A stretch of 64,000 nucleotides of DNA, from IMG/VR virus record IMGVR_UViG_3300032285_001177; one strand, 5' to 3'. Source of the stretch: a virus. Numbering within the stretch: the first letter of the stretch is position 1; each line of letters starts with the position of its first letter. Position numbers and translations under genes: made by a program. Shown in pieces: positions 26,837-36,467 of this stretch. The notes under the pieces were generated by a model, which was not told where the DNA came from, searched no databases, and was given only the letters and a program-made list of their open reading frames with translations.

Positions 26837-27289
26837 TTAGTTAAGTCCTGTGTTTTTTATTGTTGCTCTTAGTTGCCATTCAAACTTCTTGTGTTTGTCC
26901 ATACGGTCTGCAATAAAGTTTGCAAGACCTTGTTGTTTTTGTGCTGTTGCTTCATCAAATAGTGGTATTAAACATTGTAATACCTCAGTGTTTGCTACTA
27001 ATAGGTTAGCTACCATATCACCCGCAGTAATAGGTTTAGTATCATCTTCTGCGATAGTCTTATAGCTATGTATCTCTTCTACACTGATAGGTGCATAAGC
27101 ATCAAGCTTACGTAGCTCTTCAGCAAGAGGATCTACAGCACCATACACGTCTTCATAGATCTCACCAAAGAAGTCATGGAACTGGGTAAAGAACATGCCT
27201 TCAACATTCCAATGATATGAGTGTGCCTTAAAATACATGATGAATGTATTACCTAATGCTACCTTCAAAGATGCGATTAACTTTTCCAT
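26837..27289 (-). CDS. dps: Dps/ferritin-like protein
   Basis: KAHSYHWNVEG..F.QFHDFF...D.LAEE.R ferroxidase motifs. Confidence 0.9.
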   Translation of the reverse strand: MEKLIASLKVALGNTFIMYFKAHSYHWNVEGMFFTQFHDFFGEIYEDVYGAVDPLAEELRKLDAYAPISVEEIHSYKTIAEDDTKPITAGDMVANLLVANTEVLQCLIPLFDEATAQKQQGLANFIADRMDKHKKFEWQLRATIKNTGLN

Positions 27290-29070
27290 TATCCCTTAGC
27301 CTTCGGTGACTGTTGTCTTAACCATGAATCTAAGTCTAGATAATCAAGGTTTTCTGTCTTAACTTTCTTCTCTTTCTTCTCAAAGAAAGCACTACTAGAT
27401 TTATCTTTTTGTTTACCTGGTTCATCAGCTGTAGGTGATAGTTCAGGCGGTAATGGTTTAATCTTAGCTACTGTTTGGCCTTCTACTTCCCCATCAGAAA
27501 CTGATGCAGCCTCATGTACGTATCTAACCTTTTGTCTACGTAGATGATGACGTGTAGCAAGTGTATGTCCAGCTGTTGTATGAGGTTCACCTACATACTT
27601 CTCAGAGTTTTCTGGTTCTGGCATCTTACCAGCTTTCATGTAGTCTTGATAAGATAATACGGTACGAGCTAGTTCATTGTTATGTGGGTCATCAAGCTTA
27701 CGGATAACATCTTCAGCAGCTTTAAACTTTTCTGCATGTGCATCAAATACACCTATCTTTTGTAGAGCTTCTTTAGTCTTGATATGTGCATATTTCCAGT
27801 TCTTAACTTGATCTATAGATGGATTATCACCTATGTTAAGATGTAAGTCCATGTATGCATCAGTTGTCTTAATAGCATTAAGCATAGCTACAGGATCTGT
27901 AGCATCTACTGCTGCAAGCTTAAATGATTTAACCATGTTAAGGTCATGGTGCAAGTTCTTAGAAGTATAACCTTTATAGCTTACTTCCTTCTCGTCTTCA
28001 CCCATAAACTCTGAGTGTGGTACATGGATAGTCATGTTACCATGGATACCTGTATCATCAGGATGTCTTTGGAAGTGGAGATTATCTCCTACTCTATGCA
28101 CGCCGTACTTAATACCGTCCATGCATTCAAACATATGTTGTTCATTGTGGTTAAGACCTTTGATCTTTTCATGATGATCCTTATGGATCTTAAATGAAAA
28201 GTCTGGACCATGTGTAATCACTTTATGATCAGCATTATGTGCTATGTCTGTATACTGTTCGCTTACTTGTTCTGGTACACAGTTAGGAACTGTCTTACCG
28301 TTCTTCTTCTTAAGGCCAATAGCTTTATAGCCTTTCCAGCATGCTTTATTAAGGCTCTTAGACTCAACCATCTTTACGTCTTTGATCCACTTACGTGATA
28401 GGTCACCAGTGTTATTAACCACCACAAGGTAGTTTGCACCGCGGTCCATGATCTCGTACTCTTGACCAGCAGACTCAACGATATCGCCTACATGATAGAT
28501 CTCGCCTTTGAAATACTTCTCTCTTAGTTGGTCTACTGAGAACTTAACTTCTTCTTTAAGCAACTCAAGGCCACTCACATGTCTCATCTCGTTCATCAGC
28601 CTACGAGCATCCAGCTCTCTTAGTGTAGAAGGCATTTGTTTCTTAAATGAGGCAAAGTCTCCCTTTGATACGTATGACTTGATCTTAGAATGATCAAGAT
28701 CTTTATCTGTTGTGATGACTTGTAATGATTCGTATAGTTTAGCTTTATCTTCTGGGGCTACCACAATAACATCTTTGTACTTACTCTTTAGTCTGATTAG
28801 TTCAGATGTAAGGTTTGACTCGTTCAATGCTTTGAAGTTCATAGCACCAAACATGAGCTCAAGGAAATGCATCTTACGATCTATTGGTAAGTTATCTTTG
28901 TCTTCTGTTATATAGATGATGTGGTCGGCATGATGGGTTTCAACTAGCTTGTCTACTAGTTTCAATGCCATCTCGTTGACCGAGGTAGGAGGATTAAAGC
29001 TGCCAACCGTCATGATAACGGTTTTTGGAGGCAAGCCCTTTACGAGCTGTCTATAGTTCTTCATTGTCAT
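27289..29070 (-). CDS. Multidomain protein with degenerate cytidylyltransferase-like N-terminus
   Basis: GSFNPPT without the catalytic His; CWKGY...VPNCVP module; late promoter at 29096. Confidence 0.6.
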   Translation of the reverse strand: MTMKNYRQLVKGLPPKTVIMTVGSFNPPTSVNEMALKLVDKLVETHHADHIIYITEDKDNLPIDRKMHFLELMFGAMNFKALNESNLTSELIRLKSKYKDVIVVAPEDKAKLYESLQVITTDKDLDHSKIKSYVSKGDFASFKKQMPSTLRELDARRLMNEMRHVSGLELLKEEVKFSVDQLREKYFKGEIYHVGDIVESAGQEYEIMDRGANYLVVVNNTGDLSRKWIKDVKMVESKSLNKACWKGYKAIGLKKKNGKTVPNCVPEQVSEQYTDIAHNADHKVITHGPDFSFKIHKDHHEKIKGLNHNEQHMFECMDGIKYGVHRVGDNLHFQRHPDDTGIHGNMTIHVPHSEFMGEDEKEVSYKGYTSKNLHHDLNMVKSFKLAAVDATDPVAMLNAIKTTDAYMDLHLNIGDNPSIDQVKNWKYAHIKTKEALQKIGVFDAHAEKFKAAEDVIRKLDDPHNNELARTVLSYQDYMKAGKMPEPENSEKYVGEPHTTAGHTLATRHHLRRQKVRYVHEAASVSDGEVEGQTVAKIKPLPPELSPTADEPGKQKDKSSSAFFEKKEKKVKTENLDYLDLDSWLRQQSPKAKG

Positions 29071-29095
29071 CCATCTATATAAAAGGTATTACTAT

Positions 29096-29103
29096 TATTT
29101 ATA
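29096..29103 (-). promoter_or_regulatory. T4-type late promoter
   Basis: Exact TATAAATA upstream of 27289..29070. Confidence 0.65.
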
Positions 29104-29335
29104 CTGCAGAGAGTATCACTTTTGTAATATTTACGACCCATCTTGAAGTTACTTCATCATTTGCAAGATCATCGTTAGCTTGGACGTCGCCAATTTGGGC
29201 TACCAAGTCTTTGAACTCTACATCTGTAAGGATGCCATCGTTGAACTGTTCTGTGATGTCATGTAGTTGTGTAGCTAGTTGACCTTTAATACCAGGTTCA
29301 TCCATTGCTGCTTGTAATTCTGCTAAGATTGACAT
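29099..29335 (-). CDS. Hypothetical protein
   Basis: 78-aa ORF coupled to the lipoprotein gene. Confidence 0.6.
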   Translation of the reverse strand: MSILAELQAAMDEPGIKGQLATQLHDITEQFNDGILTDVEFKDLVAQIGDVQANDDLANDEVTSRWVVNITKVILSAV

Positions 29336-29679
29336 TATCTACCTTTCCATGCTTTCTCAAGTACTTGGACTCGAGTCTTGTTAAGTTTAAGTGTAGCCTC
29401 ACAGTATGCTGTGGAGCCTTCGTGTGCTTTCTGCACTGCTACATATAACTCACTGATAGTTTTGTTTTGTGGATCTTCTTTCCATGCGGTATGAACATCC
29501 AACCATCTTACATCATCAATTAACTTTTGCCATTCGTTCTTATCTTTATCGATACAGCTTACCTTATCAATTTGTACTGCGATATCTGTTAATGCTGCAC
29601 CAGCTGAAGGATCATATGGTACTGGCATGATCATACTGCAACCTGATAATAGAGCTGCTACTAATACTAATCTTTTCAT
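29335..29679 (-). CDS. Predicted lipoprotein
   Basis: Lipobox LLSGC. Confidence 0.7.
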   Translation of the reverse strand: MKRLVLVAALLSGCSMIMPVPYDPSAGAALTDIAVQIDKVSCIDKDKNEWQKLIDDVRWLDVHTAWKEDPQNKTISELYVAVQKAHEGSTAYCEATLKLNKTRVQVLEKAWKGR

Positions 29680-30293
29680 TTATGACTCCCGTGTTGTACG
29701 TCGTGCATTAATTCTTTAGCATGAGCATGTGATACATGTTCTGGTACACCCTTACGGAACGCTGCATAGTTACCTGTGCGAGCATGTTCCCTTTGCTTTG
29801 TACCTGATACTCCACTTGTACCTTCTGCATCTGGATCTCTTTGACCAGCAGAGTGTACAGTTATCTTCTTAAAGTTATAGTGGCCGTGACCAGCTTCTTT
29901 ACCATTGTATTTATGTAGTAAAGTATGCATCTCTTTCTTACGATCAGATCCAACGACCACATGTAGGTGTGTTACACCTTTCTTATGTAGCTCTGCAGCA
30001 TGATGTAAGATTGTAGGATGAGTCTCAGATGCAGCCTTAAACTTAGTCTCTGGTGAGAACCGTTTGAGGTGTTTAAGCTTTTGTTGTGGTGTCAATGGGT
30101 TTTTCTTAGGGTCATGGCTATGAGAAGTCACCACAGTATGCTCTGCGTTATGCTTCTTAGCCACATCATGGACCTTATGGATAACTTGCATATGACCTGT
30201 AGTTGGAGGGTTCATACGACCAAAAGCCAAAGCATGATGCTTCTGCGGCTCTTTATCCTCTGTAATAAATTCTTTAAAGTTTAGCAATTCCAT
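29676..30293 (-). CDS. Cytidylyltransferase-like (HIGH-fold) nucleotidyltransferase
   Basis: FGRMNPPTTGH, VVGSDR, SGTKQR motifs; N-terminus LNFKEFITE. Confidence 0.85.
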   Translation of the reverse strand: MELLNFKEFITEDKEPQKHHALAFGRMNPPTTGHMQVIHKVHDVAKKHNAEHTVVTSHSHDPKKNPLTPQQKLKHLKRFSPETKFKAASETHPTILHHAAELHKKGVTHLHVVVGSDRKKEMHTLLHKYNGKEAGHGHYNFKKITVHSAGQRDPDAEGTSGVSGTKQREHARTGNYAAFRKGVPEHVSHAHAKELMHDVQHGSHK

Positions 30294-30556
30294 TTCCTTA
30301 ACGCCAATGCTTTTCGTGTTGGTTTACCGTGTTCATCCTTCATAGGACCTTTATTACCACTCATACGAGCACAGAAAGACTTACGTCTACCTGCAGCTTT
30401 ACCTTTAGGGTCAAGCTTGGATGGTGGAGTAGTCACAGCCATCTTTAGGTGATGACCAGGATTTTCTCTATTATACTTATCTACACCAGCTTTTGTCAAC
30501 CCACCGGTCTCAGACTTATATTTATTTTCTAGTAAGTACTCTTTAAACGTTAGCAT
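30281..30556 (-). CDS. Small basic protein with capsid-targeting-like N-terminus
   Basis: MLTFKEYLLE; RRKSFCARM...LALRKWNC. Confidence 0.7.
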   Translation of the reverse strand: MLTFKEYLLENKYKSETGGLTKAGVDKYNRENPGHHLKMAVTTPPSKLDPKGKAAGRRKSFCARMSGNKGPMKDEHGKPTRKALALRKWNC

Positions 30557-31733
30557 TTGGCTTCCTCACTTTCATTAAGTTAGCTCTACTGAACTCTGCT
30601 CTATTTACTAACTTTGTAGGCTCGTTCTTGTGAGTAACAACGTAACCCTCTGGATGTGTTTCCTTGCCTTCGATATGATGGCTAAGGGTGCCAGGGTGTT
30701 GGTTAAGAGTCCTAACTAATACGTCTTTGGCCTTTTGGATATGCTGATGCATCTTCAATAGGTTCTCATATGACTCTCTGTGTTTTTGGATATGTGCTAC
30801 TTCAGCGTTAGCTTCTTGTTGTTTCTTATGTGCTGCAGCAGCTGTCTTTAGTCTTGATTGGACGATTTGTGCTTTGTCCATGACATGTTGTTGTAGACCT
30901 TGTACTGTAGGTTTTGCTACGTTACGAACTGTCTGGTTGATGTATGTAGCCAAATGGCCTGCACCACCTTGATGTTGTTCTGTATCCTTATACATCGTTT
31001 TACCTGCTGCAGTATGGATCTTTTGTGCAGCTTCCATATGCTTATGGAACTCCATCTCGTCCTTAGGACCATAGTTGGTGATCGATGTATCATGTGTTGC
31101 TGGTTTATTCCATACATCTGGATGTGCCTTAAACTTATGAGTGATCTCAGGCGAGGCTGTCATGTTATGTAGGTTAGGACCATTGTACTGAGTATGGATG
31201 ACCACACCAAGTTTTGCCTTCTTAACCTTTTGTGACTCTGTGCCATGCGCAGAGTATGTGATCGTATTAGGTGTGAATGAAGCGGATCCGTTTGGGTTAT
31301 GTACCACATCCTTACCGCTAAACATTAGGTCGCCTTGGAATACGCCATGTTTTGGCGCAACCTTTGGTAACTCTTTAAGAGCATCCTTAAGTTTCTCGAC
31401 CAAACCTGGTGCATGACCATGGTTTCGTTCTATATCCTCTGGAGTATAGTTGATCTTAGGTGTCTTATTGAATGCAGACTTGGAAGCTACGAAGAACTTA
31501 CCAGTCTTTGGATCATGACCGAACACGATAGCTGGAGAGCCATCATACTTCATAGTCATGGTAGAATCGTGCTTGCCTTTTTTAATATGCTCAGAAGCTT
31601 GATGAAGTACACCCATAGTATGCTCAAACCCCTTCTTGCCATGGATAATAGGTCTATCCTCTGGATGATGGATGTGCTTTACTTTGCCGTCATCGGCATT
31701 AGCTTCTGTTAGGAATTCGTTGAATCTTATCAT
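30543..31733 (-). CDS. ATP-dependent ligase-fold (RNA ligase-like) protein
   Basis: KYDG (motif I), ASKS (Ia), FQGDL (III), EGYVV (IV), KLV (V); N-terminus MIRFNEFLTE. Confidence 0.65.
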   Translation of the reverse strand: MIRFNEFLTEANADDGKVKHIHHPEDRPIIHGKKGFEHTMGVLHQASEHIKKGKHDSTMTMKYDGSPAIVFGHDPKTGKFFVASKSAFNKTPKINYTPEDIERNHGHAPGLVEKLKDALKELPKVAPKHGVFQGDLMFSGKDVVHNPNGSASFTPNTITYSAHGTESQKVKKAKLGVVIHTQYNGPNLHNMTASPEITHKFKAHPDVWNKPATHDTSITNYGPKDEMEFHKHMEAAQKIHTAAGKTMYKDTEQHQGGAGHLATYINQTVRNVAKPTVQGLQQHVMDKAQIVQSRLKTAAAAHKKQQEANAEVAHIQKHRESYENLLKMHQHIQKAKDVLVRTLNQHPGTLSHHIEGKETHPEGYVVTHKNEPTKLVNRAEFSRANLMKVRKPNANV

Positions 31734-32344
31734 TTTATTTCGTTAACCGTTCCATCAATATGTGCGTGCCATGCTTTAAATTTTACAGCAGGGAATAGCT
31801 TCTCAAGTTTAAGAAACTCTGTTAGGTTATTTATACTATCATCAAAGAGGCGAACCTTATTGAACTGTTTTGTATTCAAATAGTTATTAATAATGATAGC
31901 TTTTGCTTGACCTGGGGTTGCTGCATTGAGCTTACCAGCGCGTTCTACACGTACATTGTCAATATCAAAGCCATACTTCCTAAAGGTATCTAAGAACTTA
32001 TCCTTATCATCAAAGTCTGGTCTTGCTGTGACTATGATGACCTTATTGTTTGGGTGGTTCTTGGTATCAGCTAGGATAGCTTTGGCTTTCTCAAACATAG
32101 CCTTGATAGGTCTTGATTCATTGTAGAATAGGTTTGAATCTGCGAACTCTGAGAAGTCTGCAGTCTCACCAGGCTGAATCTTGTAGGTATTATATTCGGC
32201 TGAAGTAAGCCTTTTTGGTGCTGCACCAGGGCTGCGGATTATGATCTCAGCAGTAGTGTGGAATAACGTATCATCTATATCGAATATCGTTAGGTAACCG
32301 TCTTTGTATTCATTGTAGTCTTTAAAATTTAACATCTTTTCCAT
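31730..32344 (-). CDS. HAD-superfamily phosphatase (PNKP-phosphatase-like)
   Basis: FDIDDTL, VTAR, K and FDDS motifs. Confidence 0.8.
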   Translation of the reverse strand: MEKMLNFKDYNEYKDGYLTIFDIDDTLFHTTAEIIIRSPGAAPKRLTSAEYNTYKIQPGETADFSEFADSNLFYNESRPIKAMFEKAKAILADTKNHPNNKVIIVTARPDFDDKDKFLDTFRKYGFDIDNVRVERAGKLNAATPGQAKAIIINNYLNTKQFNKVRLFDDSINNLTEFLKLEKLFPAVKFKAWHAHIDGTVNEIK

Positions 32345-32354
32345 TTATAGATAC

Positions 32355-32383
32355 ATTATACCAAATTTTTGAATTAAAGTACA
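32355..32383 (-). promoter_or_regulatory. Early-type promoter
   Basis: TGTACT-N17-TATAAT. Confidence 0.65.
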
Positions 32384-32420
32384 TTACCTAATTGTAATAG
32401 ATTGTAACAAATTGTAACAA

Positions 32421-33479
32421 TTAATCGCTGTATTTTACAAATATGCTTGAACCAGCGGTGTTCGAGGATCCATACCCATATATGTTCCGGGTGACTAGAT
32501 CTGCTTTACCGGACTTCACAATGGCATACGCGTAGTTTACGCTTAGGTATTTGGACATCCACCAAGTCTTATCCTTCTTATGCTGGGTCTGAGCCTGACC
32601 TATCAACTTCTCTAGAGGGGCAGCTGACTTGGATAAGAACTTAAACATCATGGCAAACTTCTTAAACACCTCAGGTGTTGGCTTATCGATATACGGTTTA
32701 AAGTCTCTTGGTAAACCTAACATTGATGCTGATACACCAGATGCTCGAGCTATCTCAATTAGTACACCTCCGCCGATCTTACCACCAGCAGCTGACTTAC
32801 CTTTGATCTCTCCTTGCCATGATGATGGCTCAGGTCGAGATGAGAAGTTACGTAGTTGGATTTGGCCTGAACCTGACTCACTCATGAATTCTATATAGCA
32901 ATCCTTTGATGACGTCATATCTTGAGTGATTAATATCTTAGTAAACTTTGCTTGTGGTGGTCTACCATCATTGTATACAGTTTTATGTGGATGATTCTTT
33001 GGTCCTATCTTCTTAAGAGATACACCAATAAGATCTTTCTTTTTAAATGCAGAAAATAGGTATGCGTTTAGTTCATTAAGACCTTTAAAATCTTTCTGGA
33101 TCTTATAACCCTTTTTAACTATCCATATATCGGCTGGATTCCACTTGTCTTCTCCAGAAAATGGGCTCTCAGCTTTAAACTTTTTAAATGCACCATAAAC
33201 AGTTGCTTCAACATCGCCGCCTCTATGGAACGTACAGTTAGATACACGATAGTCTTTAAATATTTGATTAGCAGTCTCAATGCAGCTACGCTTCCAAATA
33301 TCATCAAGACCTTTTAAACATTTGTCTAATGATCTATCGCATTTAGCATCTTTAGTATTTGAAGAAGTAATCTCAGTTATTGTAGTTAAGTCTCTGCCTC
33401 GTGATTGTCGAGCAGCGCATGCATAAGCCTGAAGGCTCTCTGCTAAAGCGGTAACTTCTGATCCAGCACCTGATGGCAT
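32421..33479 (-). CDS. Putative PD-(D/E)xK restriction-like endonuclease
   Basis: ALAES...WNPADIW...GVSLKK motif; TATAAATA upstream at 33504-33511. Confidence 0.55.
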   Translation of the reverse strand: MPSGAGSEVTALAESLQAYACAARQSRGRDLTTITEITSSNTKDAKCDRSLDKCLKGLDDIWKRSCIETANQIFKDYRVSNCTFHRGGDVEATVYGAFKKFKAESPFSGEDKWNPADIWIVKKGYKIQKDFKGLNELNAYLFSAFKKKDLIGVSLKKIGPKNHPHKTVYNDGRPPQAKFTKILITQDMTSSKDCYIEFMSESGSGQIQLRNFSSRPEPSSWQGEIKGKSAAGGKIGGGVLIEIARASGVSASMLGLPRDFKPYIDKPTPEVFKKFAMMFKFLSKSAAPLEKLIGQAQTQHKKDKTWWMSKYLSVNYAYAIVKSGKADLVTRNIYGYGSSNTAGSSIFVKYSD

Positions 33480-33510
33480 AATCTAATCCTAATAGTAATT
33501 TACTATTTAT

Positions 33511-33533
33511 AAAAAAAGGGGCCGAAGCCCCTT
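33511..33533 (-). terminator. Intrinsic terminator with UUCG tetraloop after gp41
   Basis: AAGGGGC-TTCG-GCCCC-TTTTTTT on the minus strand; abuts the late promoter at 33504-33511. Confidence 0.9.
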
Positions 33534-33535
33534 AG

Positions 33536-34924
33536 TTAAAACTTGAATCCCGAGAATTCCTCGGTCGAGACTCGCTTGCCAAAGTCCGACTTATCGAATA
33601 ATGGTTTGTCATCTTGACCAGAGCCTGAGATGTTTGTTTGTGCAGATGTTTCTACATCATACAGCTTCATCTTAGACCTATCAACACCGATCACAAACTT
33701 CTTATAATAAGATGGATCATTATAACGATTCTTAAGTTGCTTAACCATGATTTGATTAAGACCTTCCATCTCTTCAGTAGAGATCAAAGCCAACATAAGA
33801 TCAACAGTTGCTGGCAAACCAAAGGATTCGGATGTGTCCTCAAGACCTGGATCGGAATTCGTAAAACCGGATCGAGTAGTCTGTGTGGCACTCACGATGG
33901 GAACTGAATACTCTACTGCCAAACCCCTTAGTTCTTCAGCAATCGTCTTGACATAAGTGTAACTGTTTACGTTAGCACCATATCGAAGTCGTTGTGAACT
34001 ACAAATATTTAGATAGTCAATGTAGATAATGTCAGGAGAAAACTCTTGTTTAAGTTTTAACTCTTCAAGCAGTGCTCTAAAATGGCCGGCATGGGCACCA
34101 GCAGTTGGGTACTCCTTGATGGTCAACTTACCTTGAGATTTTTTCCTGACTTTATCTAACCGACTATCAAAGATGGGCTTATCGACCACCTTTAACTCGT
34201 CCATAGAAAGGTTAAGAAGGTTTGCATCGATACGTTCTGCGATACGTTCTTCTGCCATTTCCATGGTAATATACAACACGTTCTTATTATCAAGTAGATT
34301 TGCTGCAGCACAGTGACACATGAATAATGATTTACCCACACCTGTACCTGCAAGGATAACATTAAGTGTTTTCTTGCTTAGGCCGCCTTTTGTAATCTTG
34401 TTCAACATATCAAGGTCGAACGGGATCTTCTCTTCTACTTTATGATAAAACTGATACCGCTGATCAGAATCGTCAAGATAATTGTGCCCAACATGGCTAT
34501 CGAAACTAACGCCAAGAGCATCAGAAAGTAACGATGGAATTGCATCATCTTGTCTATCTTTGTCTTTTCCCTCGATGATACCGATCGAGTCGAGGATAGC
34601 GTTGTAGACCGCACGCTTCTTGCAAAAGGTTTCTGTTTCATTTAATAACCACTCCTGATTTGTGTCTTGTTTTGCGAGCGATACAATAAAATCACCAAGC
34701 TCTTTATCTTCTGTAGCAGATAAGTCTTTACGCTTGTGCATCTCGATCGCAAGGATCTCAGATGTTAAAGGTTTATTGTATGTCTCGAAGAACTTATTGA
34801 TCTCCTCAAACGCCATTGCTTCTTTACGTTCAGAGAAGTATCTCTTGTTTAAGAAAGGTAAAACTTTACGACAATACTCTTCGTTATGTACTAAGTTACT
34901 TAAGATTGTATTTTCAATTCTCAT
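33536..34924 (-). CDS. gp41: Replicative DNA helicase (T4 gp41)
   Basis: AGTGVGKS, YIDYLNI, SATQTTR, SESFGLPATVD, KQLKNRY. Confidence 0.96.
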   Translation of the reverse strand: MRIENTILSNLVHNEEYCRKVLPFLNKRYFSERKEAMAFEEINKFFETYNKPLTSEILAIEMHKRKDLSATEDKELGDFIVSLAKQDTNQEWLLNETETFCKKRAVYNAILDSIGIIEGKDKDRQDDAIPSLLSDALGVSFDSHVGHNYLDDSDQRYQFYHKVEEKIPFDLDMLNKITKGGLSKKTLNVILAGTGVGKSLFMCHCAAANLLDNKNVLYITMEMAEERIAERIDANLLNLSMDELKVVDKPIFDSRLDKVRKKSQGKLTIKEYPTAGAHAGHFRALLEELKLKQEFSPDIIYIDYLNICSSQRLRYGANVNSYTYVKTIAEELRGLAVEYSVPIVSATQTTRSGFTNSDPGLEDTSESFGLPATVDLMLALISTEEMEGLNQIMVKQLKNRYNDPSYYKKFVIGVDRSKMKLYDVETSAQTNISGSGQDDKPLFDKSDFGKRVSTEEFSGFKF

Positions 34925-35216
34925 CCACACCGCCTGCATAAACTAGATCGTTATTGACAATGCCTTCTTCGAGGATCTGCATGATCAGATCACCGACTAC
35001 AATTTCAAATTGTTTTTGATCATAGTTGAGGCATTTATTCTCTATTATATCATAGTTATACTTTAATGTACCTTTATCTTCATCAAAAGCCACACGATCG
35101 ATCTTGAATTTAATACCGCTGAACGTGTGCTCTTCTAACTCGATAGAGTATTGTGATTGACCGTATGGAACTTTAGTGTACTTAAGCTTATGCATCGACA
35201 TCGATATCATCCTCAA
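34914..35216 (-). CDS. Hypothetical protein (gp40 position)
   Basis: Between uvsX and gp41; true start may be slightly downstream. Confidence 0.55.
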   Translation of the reverse strand: MRMISMSMHKLKYTKVPYGQSQYSIELEEHTFSGIKFKIDRVAFDEDKGTLKYNYDIIENKCLNYDQKQFEIVVGDLIMQILEEGIVNNDLVYAGGVDEN

Positions 35217-36267
35217 TAGAAGCTAACTCATCATCAATGTCCTCATCTTTGATGATAGCTCCATGAGCAACTTGATACTTGTCTTTAACTGCATCTTGGA
35301 ATGTCTTATCCATAAGGATCGGCATCCAAAACTCTTTAGTGTCCGTATCCTTAATGCGATACTTATCACCAATCTCACCAGTCTCTTTGTTTACGCGAGC
35401 AAACCAACCAACAGATGGCTTAACCACATGACCAGTTTCCAAAGCAATATCAAGCAACCCACTCCACTTGCTAATACCACCGTCAAAACTAACAGTAATA
35501 GGTATTTTAGATTTTTCTCTGACATATCTTGACTTCTCCACGTTAATGATAAAGTTCCAACCAGTCAGCTCTGTACCATCTTTATCTTGTTGACGACCTA
35601 AGATGTAGATGTTATCTGCTGAATAGTATGAGCCTGTACCACCACCAACTACTGGCTTAGAGTACATCTCCATAGTCATGTAAGTATGGTTAACAACAAC
35701 CATCGGGATATCTTTCAATGTAAGGTGTGGTGTTACCATTCTAAACAATGACTTGATTTGTTTTGCTCTTGACATGTCTGCAACAGACTTACCGTCAAGA
35801 GTATCCTCAACTTCCTTCTTAGAAGCAAGGTTACCGATTGAGTCGATGATGATCATGATCTTGTCATCACGCTCGATACCTTGGATCTGCTTCATGATAT
35901 CGAACTTAAGCTGCTCAACATCAGTAACTGGAGTATGCAGCACTCTTGTTTGGTCGATACCAAATGATTCAAAGTACGACTGAGGTGTACCAAACTCTGA
36001 GTCATAGAATAATAACACTGAGTCTTGATACTTATCCATGTAAGACTTAGCCATCAGTAAGCTGAATGCTGTCTTAAAGTGTTTTGATGGACCTGCCCAC
36101 ATCGTTAGACCTGGTGTTAAACCACCATCAAGTCTACCACTCAAGGCGATGTTAATCGCCGGAATGGATGTAGGTATCATGTCCTTCTTGGTAAAAAATT
36201 TGGACTTGGATAATACTTCCGAGTCCTTAATAGTTGAGTTACTTCTGATCTTATCTAATAATCCCAT
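35188..36267 (-). CDS. uvsX: RecA-like recombinase UvsX
   Basis: AGPSKHFKT, FYDSEFG, IDSIGNLAS, EKSRYVREK. Confidence 0.96.
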   Translation of the reverse strand: MGLLDKIRSNSTIKDSEVLSKSKFFTKKDMIPTSIPAINIALSGRLDGGLTPGLTMWAGPSKHFKTAFSLLMAKSYMDKYQDSVLLFYDSEFGTPQSYFESFGIDQTRVLHTPVTDVEQLKFDIMKQIQGIERDDKIMIIIDSIGNLASKKEVEDTLDGKSVADMSRAKQIKSLFRMVTPHLTLKDIPMVVVNHTYMTMEMYSKPVVGGGTGSYYSADNIYILGRQQDKDGTELTGWNFIINVEKSRYVREKSKIPITVSFDGGISKWSGLLDIALETGHVVKPSVGWFARVNKETGEIGDKYRIKDTDTKEFWMPILMDKTFQDAVKDKYQVAHGAIIKDEDIDDELASIEDDIDVDA

Positions 36268-36276
36268 GATTTTCCT

Positions 36277-36465
36277 TTATTTTGTTCTTCTTGCGATCTC
36301 ACGTTCAATCTTACACTTTTCTTTCTTTACTTGCGTCTTATCTAACAACGCTGTTAACTGCTTTACATTTAATGGACGAAGACGTGGCTTACCACTCTTG
36401 TATTGCATTGGGTTGTTATGCCGTTTTGACGGATGAACTCTTGCTTTATTTCCTGGTTGTGCCAT
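36277..36465 (-). CDS. Small basic hypothetical protein
   Basis: 62-aa ORF with GAGGAG RBS. Confidence 0.6.
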   Translation of the reverse strand: MAQPGNKARVHPSKRHNNPMQYKSGKPRLRPLNVKQLTALLDKTQVKKEKCKIEREIARRTK

Positions 36466-36467
36466 GA

